From positions 1 through 46,399 of the forward strand of contig JAUCBJ010000639.1 of NCBI GenBank assembly GCA_032718475.1: DNA of 46,399 nt. The letters are read 5' to 3'. The position numbers and the translations under genes are program-made. Positions within the stretch are counted from its first letter, which is position 1, and the number at the start of each line of letters is the position of its first letter. This document shows, one piece after another, positions 1-10,900 of this stretch. The notes below the pieces were generated by a model that saw nothing but the letters and a program-made list of their open reading frames with translations, searched no databases and was not told where the DNA came from. This DNA comes from Nemertoderma westbladi. Taxonomy: Eukaryota > Animalia > Xenacoelomorpha.

Positions 1-301
1 TTCCTAGAGATGCATACAAAATGTATCATAAGACTAAGAATTATTATATTGTATTTGTTAATGGTGGATTCCCACATATGTAGCAGTGAAAATAAAATCA
101 ATAACAAATTACTTTACTAAAATAATAATTAAACTAATTATATATTGACAGATAATTATGTGATATTTCCTCTCTTCTGTGACGTCTTCAGCATAGTACT
201 GTAAATCAGTGACACACTCCCAGCAGTCCACAACATTTTCTATAAATCTTCGTGAGATTGGCAGGGGCGGATTAAGGACATGGCGGCCCGGGTGCACTTT
301 T

Positions 302-341
<40 letters not shown>

Positions 342-1142
342 ACCCCTGTTGAATCTGTGTTATACATTGCTTATGCATTGCGGCCTAACAGAGCTTTTTT
401 TTTTTACATATTTAAGTTTGTGCGACAAAGTGAAAAATTAAAAACCGAAACTATAAAACAAAATGAAACATAACCTGCAATAAGTAACTAAAGTTAAGGT
501 ATTATAAATTTGTAAATGAGCAAAATAAATTAATGATAACTTTTGGAAACTTTTCTATTTACACTTTTTATAACTTTTTTATATACGGATATTTTATGTC
601 GAAATAAATAATATAATAATAATTAATAAATTAAAACTAGTTTAACGAATTAATTAAAATACTAAAGTAGTAAAATGTATTAGCCGCAAATACTGTATAG
701 AATTATGAGAGATATTATTAACAACACAGTTGCAGTTACAATACTAAATACACCATGTCCCAGAATATAGTGTCGTAATTCAGTGACACGCCCCACCCCC
801 CCCCCCCCCCCCTAATTTTTCTACAACTCGTAATGAGATTGCATCATTGCATCGTAATCAGATTATGATGCATTTATTAGATAGAATATAATAGCCTCGC
901 GCAGGTGCATAACCATGCAACATTTGAACGCCCATATCTCAGCTATTTTTCAACGAAATTCAAATTGTGTTTCATATTTGAAATCCTTGCAGGGCCATTT
1001 TCCATTGGTACCAACATAAGGTAGAAGAATAACTGCGGTGTAACTGGTGTAATATCGCTGGAGACACTTTTTTTAAACGCTTGTAGCTAAAGATTGAAAG
1101 CAAAAATAAAAATTCTGGCTTACCAAGTCAGTGGTTGGGAGG

Positions 1143-2326
1143 TGTTCGCGCTTTCAGACCTTTAGCAGTTTAACCTGCCAAATTTGGATGTCTTCTAGAT
1201 AATAAATCGACTTTAGCCTATGACGAGTATTTGATACACTACATTAGCCGAAGCCAGTCTATGCGCGACCATTCACCCGCTGGACATACCCGGGAGACTG
1301 GATTCGGAAGCTTTGACCTTATTGCGGTGTAGGCCTACTGTATTATTCGACTGATCGTTAATATATAATTTCTGACAAATATTATTCACTTTCGGGAAAT
1401 ATTAACAGTTCCTTTAGGACGTGGCGCTCTAAATATGTAAACAGAGTTATGACTTACACTAGACACAACAGGATGGCTATGGATTCACGTATAAAGCGCA
1501 TTCTTTAGGAGATGCTTTGTTATCAGTCACAATCATGCACACTACCGCACAATGCTGCACACCGATCTGCCGACCTTCACTAATTTTAGTCACATATAAA
1601 GAGAACAACAACCGACACATGTAGTGCCTATGAAATAGCATTAGATTCACTCCAAAACCACTTTAATGTAAGTCGCAATTGTTATATGTAACCGGTCTCT
1701 CTAACCTTCAGTATATCAAGAAGATTGGGGTTTCTGATCATTTATCGATATTATCCAATATAATAATATTCCATCAACTGATATAATTAATAATCGACAG
1801 TAAATAGCAGTAAAATGCGGTGTTTGTAGTTGACAATATGATTTGACACACTGACTTGTGATTAGTTTGTGTTGCGTTTGATAACAGTTATACGTTTCTA
1901 TGACCAAAGCCTACTAATGTTTGGCTAAAGCCTTAAAACAGAGATTCCAAAGCCGGTCTTCTGGCTGTGGACAAAATACACATACTGACTGAATCGCATG
2001 AGTTTCTGTATACAATCTCCAAACAGAGTGAAAACCGCTCTGATTGGTCGACTGAACAAAGAACGAACAAAGAACAAAGAAATGTTACACGTGGACATAT
2101 CAGCTGTTAGATGTCGTCATGGTAACTACACTGTATCAAGAGGATTTTGGCTTATTGCGACATAAGATCGCTAGTTATGTCCGCTAAAGTACACATACAG
2201 AAGAAATGGCTTTTTATGTCCACTAAAACACCGGTACAGTAAGGAAACGGCTTTTTATGTCCGTTAAAACACCTACAGAGTACTTTGCAGGGAAAATAAC
2301 TAGCTAGATCCACAAAAGCCTTTACA
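1143..2326 (-). repeat. 3' LTR of BEL copy 1
   Basis: TG...CA termini. Aligns with 6866-8025, 23458-24646 and 41107-42224. Confidence 0.9.
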
Positions 2327-2335
2327 CCGCTCCCA
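2327..2335 (-). other. Polypurine tract of BEL copy 1
   Basis: Minus-strand TGGGAGCGG immediately precedes the TGTAAAGG LTR start. Identical at 24647-24655. Confidence 0.7.
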
Positions 2336-2404
2336 GAAAATGGGATTTGATTCTATAAAATATAAAAAATCACAGTTTCTAAAATATAAAAATACTCTAA
2401 ACAG

Positions 2405-2662
2405 TTAGTTTTTCTTGCGCGGACGGCGTTTACGCAGTTTTTTGAGGCTAGCAAGAGTCCTTTTCTCTTTGGGGCGAGCCACTTTACTAGGAGGGCTGTA
2501 ACTCCTGGGTGAAGGGTGCAATACAATTGCATCGGAAGGTTTAGGGTTACGGTCGATGTCTCGTCCATTTCGATATGCTTCTCCTCGAGCTGATTTTCCT
2601 CCGCTTATCGTTGGATGCGTTCGTCCAAAACTCTTGCAGAGAATAGGGTCGTCCAAGTTCGA
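2405..2662 (-). pseudogene. Remnant of the BEL extra 3' ORF (C-terminal part with basic tail)
   Basis: Homologous to 24725-25175. ELGRPYSLQEFWTNASNDKRRK and PSDAIVLHPSPRSY...LASLKKLRKRRPRKKN are shared in two different frames. Confidence 0.65.
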
Positions 2663-2669
2663 TATCTTC

Positions 2670-4733
2670 TTAGAGATTCTGAATTTCCTGATCGAACTGA
2701 GATAAAGTTAATTCGTTTTCCGCTTGGACTTGCTGTTGCAATTTACATTTCTCTAAACAATTATAGGTTCCTTTTCCGATCCTTTGACGAATAGTGTCCA
2801 AAAAGTTCTTTAACGAAAAGTTCTTTATCACCACCATTTTTACTGACCTTATGCTATGTACTCCTAGTTCATCCTGGGGAGTGGACAACGCGCCTACATA
2901 GTAATCTGTAGCTACTGTGGATTTCCAAACCTGCATAATTCCTGAAAGGTTCAACTTAGTTCGGAACTTGGGTTGACCAGAAAAGATGTCTTCGGCTAGT
3001 TCTTTGTCGATGAATGTACTTGTGCTGACGGAGTCAAGGAGGGTGTTTACTATAAAGCTCTTACCTAGCCCGTGGACTCTCAGTTGCACCACTGGGAATT
3101 CCCGGATTCCGACGTTGGAAGTTGGCGCTTTCCAAGATGGTTGCCGGTCCGGAATAGTCAGTTGATTATCGGTTTCATTCTCATACGTAAGCGGTCGATA
3201 CACCGCGGTGTTTATCATATAACAGGATTCGTTTTCGTCGGAGAATTCATCCGTGTAGAATCCTTCCATCTCAGAGCTGTGGTCAGTGTCGTTCACATCA
3301 CTGAATTGGACATGTAGTTCGGGCTCACTTACCTGACTCGTACGGGTCCTGTCAAATTCTGTGTGCAACAAGATATGATGTTTCGCGCCGCACTTAGCAC
3401 ACCTAGCATCTGAGTAACAGGTCCGCCGTTGGTGTCCTCGTCTGAGGCAATTATAACACAACCGCTTATCCCACATGACATCACGTCTATCCTTAAGGGA
3501 TTTCTTCAAGAATTCATCACACCCACTCAAGCGATGTGGCCCGTCGCACAATACACATTTGGGCTTGATGTTACTTACTTTAACCTGTGCTGTGTGGTGC
3601 ACACTTGTTCTATCCTCGGGCTTTCTTCTATGAATTATCTTAGGAGATGTGGGAGGAGTTGTTGTTACCTGTTCTCTCCTGTCACTGGTTCGAGACTTAG
3701 ATTTACTTACGTCTTTCCGAGTTTTGTTTACATAATAAGATCTTTCGGTGTCTTTCCCGCTGTTCTCCTCATGGGAGGTTTGGCTTTCGCCGTCGTCTGT
3801 ATAACACACTGGTGTTACCTTTCTCCTAGAAACGGGTTTTTCACTCACCTTATTTTCCGGTGTCTTCTCTCTGGACTGTTTGAGGAGCTGTAATCTTACC
3901 TCTCCATTTAAGAATGACATGAGATCAGCCATGGTAGGGTCTCTATGTTGTTGGTCCATCAAATAGAGAACCTTTTTGTCCCAGCGAGTACCTACTCCAC
4001 CCTTTGGCAAAGTTGATGCTAAGGCTCCTACAACCATAGAATTCTGGTATTCATGAGACTTACCTAACCAATCTAGTTGTCTACAGATCTCCTGAATCTC
4101 ATCGGAAAACTCTATAATCCCGCTGCTAAGGAACTTTCGGGGCGCTACTAATTTCGCATACAAATACCTAGCTATGTTAGTCCTATTACCATACCTGATG
4201 TTTAGTGTATCCCAAACTTGTCTTAATCCATCTGGATGTCCAATAAACTTTAATGCCATTAACTTGGGAGGTCCTTCCAAGCACTCGATGAGGAATCTAA
4301 GTTTCTCTCCATTAGATAGTACAGAGTTCTGTATGTTATCTTTATAATATTCATTTAAAGGTAACCATTTCATCTCATCTCCATTGAACTTGATGACCTC
4401 TCCCACCTTTACCGCTTGATGGGCTTCGGTTCTAGACATTTGACGCGTAAAACTTTCTTGGGCCATCGTATTATTTAATATCGAGTTATCGGTATATAAA
4501 TTTCTCGGATTATGATCAGGTCTATATGGAATATCATTATCAACAGGTTTATTATTACCCTTAATAGGGGCTACGTCCTCATCCCAGTTATAAGGTTCTA
4601 CTTGGCTGGTAGCGAAGTTCTTTATCGCCACCATTTTTACTGACCTTATACTATGTTCTCCTAGTTCATCCTGGGGGGTGGACAACGCACCTACATAATA
4701 ATCCGCTATTACTGTAGATTTCCAAACCTGCAT
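2670..4733 (-). CDS. Rearranged BEL Gag-protease ORF (687 aa, open)
   Basis: BEL Gag core (FNGDEMKW...EKLRFLIECLEG), three Zn knuckles (CVLCDGPHRLSGC, CYNCLRRGHQRRTC, CAKCGAKHHILLH) and protease motif LLDSVSTSTFI. The N-terminal ~53 aa duplicate a post-protease segment. Confidence 0.8.
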   Translation of the reverse strand: MQVWKSTVIADYYVGALSTPQDELGEHSIRSVKMVAIKNFATSQVEPYNWDEDVAPIKGNNKPVDNDIPYRPDHNPRNLYTDNSILNNTMAQESFTRQMSRTEAHQAVKVGEVIKFNGDEMKWLPLNEYYKDNIQNSVLSNGEKLRFLIECLEGPPKLMALKFIGHPDGLRQVWDTLNIRYGNRTNIARYLYAKLVAPRKFLSSGIIEFSDEIQEICRQLDWLGKSHEYQNSMVVGALASTLPKGGVGTRWDKKVLYLMDQQHRDPTMADLMSFLNGEVRLQLLKQSREKTPENKVSEKPVSRRKVTPVCYTDDGESQTSHEENSGKDTERSYYVNKTRKDVSKSKSRTSDRREQVTTTPPTSPKIIHRRKPEDRTSVHHTAQVKVSNIKPKCVLCDGPHRLSGCDEFLKKSLKDRRDVMWDKRLCYNCLRRGHQRRTCYSDARCAKCGAKHHILLHTEFDRTRTSQVSEPELHVQFSDVNDTDHSSEMEGFYTDEFSDENESCYMINTAVYRPLTYENETDNQLTIPDRQPSWKAPTSNVGIREFPVVQLRVHGLGKSFIVNTLLDSVSTSTFIDKELAEDIFSGQPKFRTKLNLSGIMQVWKSTVATDYYVGALSTPQDELGVHSIRSVKMVVIKNFSLKNFLDTIRQRIGKGTYNCLEKCKLQQQVQAENELTLSQFDQEIQNL

Positions 4734-5940
4734 AATTCCTGACAGTATATATAAGTATAATTATGAACTAGAATTAATTACAGAATACCGGTATAATTTC
4801 AGCCTAAATTTATAAATATATAATAGGCCTATCGTGAATACCGGTATACAGCTTACACTTATAGTACAGTAGTATATATAAGTATAATTACAGACTAGAA
4901 TTGATTACAGAATACCGGTATGATTTCAGCCTAAATTTATAGAAATAAATATAATAAGCCTATGGTAAATACCGGTATGTCAATTATTTTGGAATAATTG
5001 AATTTCTGAATTTTAGGGGTTACTTGGTTACTTTAACTTACTTTATTACCGTTATTTAAGCAGTAGTCCAACTGATATTAAGACCTAATTGTTGTATGGC
5101 AGGCCTACTAGTTTATAAATCGGTTTGAGTTGATTTATAATATATATACCCGTTTTAATGGGTTTTGTCAATATTTGAAATAAATGTTATTATTTCTGGG
5201 AAAGGAGTCACTACACAGAAGCTGTGCGCTCTCAGTGAAGTGCTACTTGTTGGACACTAAAACAAATAATTCTAATTTACCTAAGTTTCTTAATACTACA
5301 AATTACATACAATTCGGGGTGAGATTACAATCTCTAAATAAACACAAAAATTACACGTACGAATTTTTAGGGTAATTTTACAAGAAGTCTACCAACCAGC
5401 CCAACAAAGGGTTAGGATATCTGGTTATTACAATGGACAGGGTACTACGGTATTTGAAAATAACTACAGAACTAAGCAGTAGTAAATATACTGCGTTGTC
5501 CAGATAGGAAAAATACCACCGTCTGACGACTTATAGCCGTATCGCTATAAGTACTACGGTATGTATCACGGAGTGTTCCTACCTAGAAGTTAATTACCGC
5601 GGTCTACCAGAACCAACGTGCCTATTAACCACTTTACAACACAAATATACTGCCTACACACTAATTACCTTCGGGAAGCACTGTACACTAAACCCTAAAT
5701 TAGGTACAAGTACTTATACAACCAATAATCAGTAGTTAAAAATACTTGAACAGCTAAAAGAACCACGGTATCTGCTGGAGTGACCGGGGCACAAAATCAC
5801 CAGTCTTTACCTACGCCAAGCAGCCCTGATATAGTACCGGGGTTAGTTTAACTATAACGGTATATATAACAAGCACATTTACTGTAGGAATAAACTTGGG
5901 GATATGAATGTTGCAAATAATCGCATAAACTCTGAATAAT

Positions 5941-6530
5941 AAATATTATGCTACGCGTACAGACTACTCAAACAAAATGCAGACCAAATACTGACAGACT
6001 ACTATCAAGCCTAAACAAACTACAGTCAGACAGTATATGCAGACTCCGAAATGGTTAGTTAGTATGCGTTCTAACCTAGTAGTACGACTTATTCTTTCGA
6101 GGGGGTTTACCTCACAGCTCTGGAAGCCCCTACGTTCCCAACTGGCACTTTATCGGACATGCACTCTACACACACCGAAATCTCTTCAGACCTAACAACA
6201 GCCAGACAAAATCCAGCCTACAAATTATCTAAGTAAGAAATATTACGCTACCCGTACAGACTACACAAACAAAATACAAACCAAACGCTGGCAGACTACT
6301 ATCAAGCCTAAATAAACTACAGTATATGCAGACTCCGAAATGGTTAGTTAGTATGCGTTCTAACCGAGTAGTACGACTTATTCTTTCGAGGGGGTTCACC
6401 TCACAGCACTGGCAGCCCCTACTTTCCTAACTAGTACTTTTTCGGACATACGCTCTACACACACTACAGTCCCTTCAGACTTAACAACAGTCAGACAACA
6501 GTCCAGCCTACAAATTGTCTGTACAATCTG
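5941..6530. repeat. Diverged ~298-bp tandem duplication in the BEL copy-1 leader
   Basis: aaatatta(t/c)gctac...ccagcctacaaatt occurs at ~5941 and ~6238. BEL copy 2 has a single copy (~40537-40820). Confidence 0.85.
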
Positions 6531-6854
6531 AGCAGGCTTACACGCCTTCTGCTCAATACTGGCCTACAAATAAATAAAACTGACAGAAATAAGTAAGCTC
6601 CAAAAGAAACAAGGGGTGTACAGTCCCTAATCTCTTAAACAGCCTACCGGTATACAATTTCACAATCGAATAATACTGCTGTACCTGTACTGCTGTAGGT
6701 ACCGGTCCGGGTGGTTAGGTAGTCAGGCCTACTAGGTACCGGTTGTCCGGTACTTCAGCGTTATTGCCTACTGCAATACAGAAGCAATATCTGTTATTGT
6801 TCTTACCAGAACAATAGTAAACTGTATTTATTGCCTACACTGCAATCAGAATTA

Positions 6855-6865
6855 ATAACTGTTAT
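6855..6865 (-). other. Primer-binding-site position, non-tRNA type (ATAACAGTTAT on the element strand)
   Basis: Abuts the 5' LTR and lacks TGG. Identical in copy 2 (41096-41106). Reverse complement of an 11-mer inside the LTRs. Confidence 0.6.
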
Positions 6866-8025
6866 TGTTCGCGCTTTTAGACCTTAGGCAGTTTAACCCG
6901 CCTAATTTAGTTGTCTTTTAGTTTGTAAATCGACTTTAGCCTACGACGAGTATTTGATACACTACATTAGCCGAAGCCAGCCTATGCGCGATCATTCACC
7001 CGCTGGATATACCCGGGAGACTGGATTCGGGGGCTCTGACCTTATTGCGGTGTAGGCCTACTGTATTATTCGATTGATCGTTAATATATAATCTCTGTCA
7101 ATATTATTCACTTTCGGGAAATATTAACAGTTCCTTTAGGACGTGGCGCTCTAAATATATAAACAGAGCTATGACTTACACTAAACACAACGGGATGGCT
7201 TATGATTCACGTATAAGGCGCATTCTTTAGGAGATGTTTTGTTATCTGTCCCAATCATGCACACTACCGGTACCGCACAATACTGCACACTGATCTGCCG
7301 ACCTTTACTAATTTTAGTCACATATAAAGAGAATAGTAATTGACCCATGTAGTGCCTATGAAATAGCATTAGATTCACTCCAAAACCAATATCATATAAG
7401 TCGCAATTGCTATATGTAACCAGTCTCTTACCTTCAGTATATCAAGAAGATGGGGTTTTATAATTATTTATCGATATTATCCAAATATAACGATATTCCA
7501 TCAACAGATACAATTAATAACCGACGGTAAATAGCAGTAAAATAATGCGGTGAAAGATATGTATAGCATTTGACAGGCAGGATAACAGTTATACGTTCCG
7601 GTAATCAAAGCCGTTCTAATGTTTTGGCTAAAGTCTGAAACAGAATAATTCCATAGCCGATGTTCATGGCATCAGGAAAACCAACACACTGAAACCTGTG
7701 CACTGTTGTAGGCAGCTTTCAACACAAAGAGAAATAGCTCTCATTGGCAGAACTCCAGATTCTATAGGTTCCACGAACGTCTAAATGCCAAACCTCCCTA
7801 GCCTTTGCAGCACATAGCCAACACAAGGCTAAATCGCTCTGATTGGTCGATCATTGTTCTGATTGGTTAATCGAACAGAACAAAGAGGCCATACGTACAG
7901 CAAATCGGCCAATCAGCCAGCAGAATGCATCACTCGAGCAAGGCAGTTTTAGAGTATTTGAGCGCATTGAGGGAAACTGGATTGCGGAGAAAAAGGGCCA
8001 GTTACATCCCGCAAAAGCTTTTACA
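6866..8025 (-). repeat. 5' LTR of BEL copy 1 (diverged U3)
   Basis: tgttcgcgctttt...aaagcttttaca. The left ~800 bp aligns with the other LTRs and the right part differs. Several CCAAT boxes at 7838-7916. Confidence 0.88.
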
Positions 8026-8194
8026 ACGATCCCGTCACATTAAATGTGAAAACATTAACATTTATTATGTGTCAGGTGCCATGGTAGTTGGCCTAACTGT
8101 TTGTGGAACAAGACCCCCAACTACTGTATATTTCCGATTGATGCTTGAAATCTATTTGTAATTTGCAAGCTCTCCAAAACGAAAAATATTAACC

Positions 8195-8292
8195 TCATTG
8201 GGGCTCGAACCCGGTACATACTGTATTGTAGGTTTCAAACTTCCGGTTATCATCACCCGGGTGTGTGTGTCTATGACCTCACTAGCTATTAA
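8195..8292 (-). mobile_element. Possible degenerate tRNA-derived SINE head
   Basis: Minus strand has an A-box-like TAGCTAGTGAGG and a B-box-like GGTTCGAGCCC. No cloverleaf. Confidence 0.3.
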
Positions 8293-9319
8293 AGATAGAT
8301 GAATAATTTGTATGGATGGAGAGTGTTATCGTACAGTACTAAACACCTAAAACAATTCATTATTTTTTAAATCGGTTTGCCAGCCCGGAATGTAAGATCC
8401 ATACCGTTGTTATACCGATACCATATCTATACATGTCGATGCATACCAAGTATCCACCCCCTTGGCTCTACGCCTGTGTCCTTCACTTCCACGAATAACT
8501 TAAGATACGAAGATTTGAAGATTACGTAGAAATAATGCAGGCATAGAATAATATGTTACATACATAGTAGCAGATAGATTTCTTATGATGACGGGGTGGT
8601 TTAAATATTTGAGAGATAAGTTTTTCTGTCTCACAATAGCGTTATTGTAATGGAAATTCCCTATCTTATACACGGCCATCGTTTTAAATCTTTAGATACG
8701 ATTGAATAATGAATAAATAATAATAATAAATATATATATGCCCTGCCATAATCATTAGGTAAATACCAACATCACTCACTATATTATGTAGACTTTGATA
8801 CCTCAGCCGTTGTACTATAAGGATATTATTAATCCGATGTCTAATTTCTATACATAGCTGATTATTTTAATGCAGATAAAAGTAGTACGAAAAATTATTT
8901 GAACAGATTTTTTCAGTCTGAAATAATTTTTAGTTATCAGTACAAAAATAGCGGCTTTGCTTTACCATGCCATACTATCATCGTTCGTAGTAAAAAGCGC
9001 TAAAAAATAGTGTCTCCGTCAATTTTGTACCAGTAACACCACCACTATTCTTCAACCTTACAGTAGAGTACAGTAAGTGCCCCCCCCCCCCCCCCCCCCC
9101 CACGGCGGATGCAAAACGTGCAATATTACAGAAGAACCCTTCTAGCTCAACTATTGCCAATCCAAATTCGTAACTTTACATATTTGGAATCCCTGAATGA
9201 CCAGTTTCTATCGGTTTCAGAAAATCACCTTATACGCCCTAAGGTTAAAGTTGAAGATAACCTTGGTGAAACTGGTGTAAGTAATAATAGACGGAAACGT
9301 TTCTTTAACTTATTTTCCC

Positions 9320-10350
9320 CTTAAGACTGCCAAAGCACAAGAGCAGAAGAGGCGGCCAAAGCAATGCCCTGCGAAGCGGACGTAGGCGGTTCTGTTCACG
9401 TTTCAAGCTTACGGGACCAATGAGACACCTCCAATGCTGTATAGTTTCGGATTGGAGATGTGTGCAGTGCATCGTACTTGAAAAAGAGTGAACCCGGCGT
9501 AGCATTGTGTAATATATGTGCCATTGAGAGATTTCAGCAGCTCCAGTATCTTAGACAGGCCATTCAATGCTACACGTGCCATTTTCGTATTTCGTATTTG
9601 AAGGTTCTACGGAGTTCCGGATCCATCATTCCAGGTTGGAGAAATTATTAACATGCTCAAGCACACCTTCCGTAGAGTTTATGCTTATATCATCAGTCTT
9701 TTTCTGAGAACTGTCGAAATTAGCTGTCAAAGAAGGTAACAAAAATGCCAACACGAAAAGCATCCTGATCTAACTCCCTTACCCCTATGGAGTTAGAGCA
9801 GGCTGTGATAGGGGCCTACTCCTAAGTCATCAGCATTTCAGCGAAGTCTAGATCAGTTAGGTACTTGGCAGGATTTCCTCGACTTCTGGAACAAGTAGGT
9901 GGAGTTATCATCACCCCATCATCATTATGATGATCTAAGGACATGCTTAGAACATATTCAACTACAATTATGAATGAGAATGGCGCATGCGTGTCTCCCT
10001 GAAGAACTGCCCATAACACTTCAAATGGATCTGTGTGTCCGTCAACAGTAGACACAAATGTTGTCGAACCATCGTATGCTGATCTGATTGCTGCAATAAT
10101 TTCTTCAGAAATCCCATATAATGAAAGTATGCTGAATATACGTGAGCGAAAAATTGAATCGAAGGCCTTAAAGAAGTCAACAAAATGACAGCCAAATCCC
10201 TGTCTTTCTTATTTTTCTTCAATTATCCATCTAAAAGCTAGAATTTGGGCTCCATAATGCCATGACCTTTGCGGAACCCATTCTGATTTGCACCCATTCC
10301 ATGATTTAGCAGTCTTGCAATGGAATCCGTGATGCGATTTAATATAATTC
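9320..10350 (-). mobile_element. Degenerate RTE-like LINE fragments (family A)
   Basis: Translated pieces (VLQGDTHAPF, LTDLDFA, MLRRVH, EQNRLR) match the RT ORF at 18735-20151, with deletions and frameshifts. Confidence 0.85.
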
Positions 10351-10553
10351 TATGGTTTTTGGTTAAAAATTATCGCCAAATTTGGTAAGTTTATTGCTGA
10401 ACACTTTAGGGTGGTTTCGTTTCTAGGGTAGCCAGCTTAGTAGTTTAGGACGGATCATGCCATATGTAATTATAGTTTTAAGGTAACGTTACACTTATTT
10501 AAGCTTCTTAATTACAGTAATTAGATAGACTCCTATAACGAAATAACCCTAAG

Positions 10554-10900
10554 ATGGCTCATTCAAATATTGATGACATGGGGAAAAAGGCTGTTCTTCA
10601 AAACTACCTTGCTTTGGAACCCAAAGATCCAAAAGTCCAAGTTATGTACGTTTGGATTGACGGAACCGGTGAAGGTTTGCGGTGCAAAACGAAAACTTAT
10701 AATTCCGTTCCGAAGTCCCCGGACGAATTAATTATTTGGAACTACGATGGATCTTCGACGGGACAGGCGGAAGGAAAGAACAGCGACATGTTTATTAAAC
10801 CCGTGGCGTTGTTCAATGATCCTTTCCGACGGGGTAATAATAAGCTTTGTATGTGTGAAGTTTATGATTACAAGATGGATAAAGCAAAAACAAACAACAG
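10554..10900 (+). CDS. GLUL: GS coding exon 1
   Basis: MAHSNID...KTNN(R). Donor AG|gtaaat. Confidence 0.93.

Larger units (their letters stand above)
1143..8025 (-). mobile_element. BEL/Pao LTR retrotransposon copy 1, internally deleted and rearranged (no RT/RNaseH/IN), non-autonomous
   Basis: Direct repeats TGTTCGCG...TTACA at both ends. Internal gag/protease and leader are homologous to the 23458-42224 element. PPT lies next to the left LTR. No TSD match (ggagg vs acgat). Confidence 0.9.

Noticed and set aside
109-378. Poly-Gly ORF and other short ORFs in LTRs, introns and antisense TE frames
   Set aside because: They derive from poly-C tracts or chance open frames and have no recognisable domains.
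850-1080. Possible non-autonomous DNA transposon remnant
   Set aside because: No terminal inverted repeats or TSD could be located.
9763-9804. Short inverted repeat cctgatctaactcc/ggagttagagcagg
   Set aside because: It is an isolated hairpin in decayed LINE sequence with no second copy to support it.
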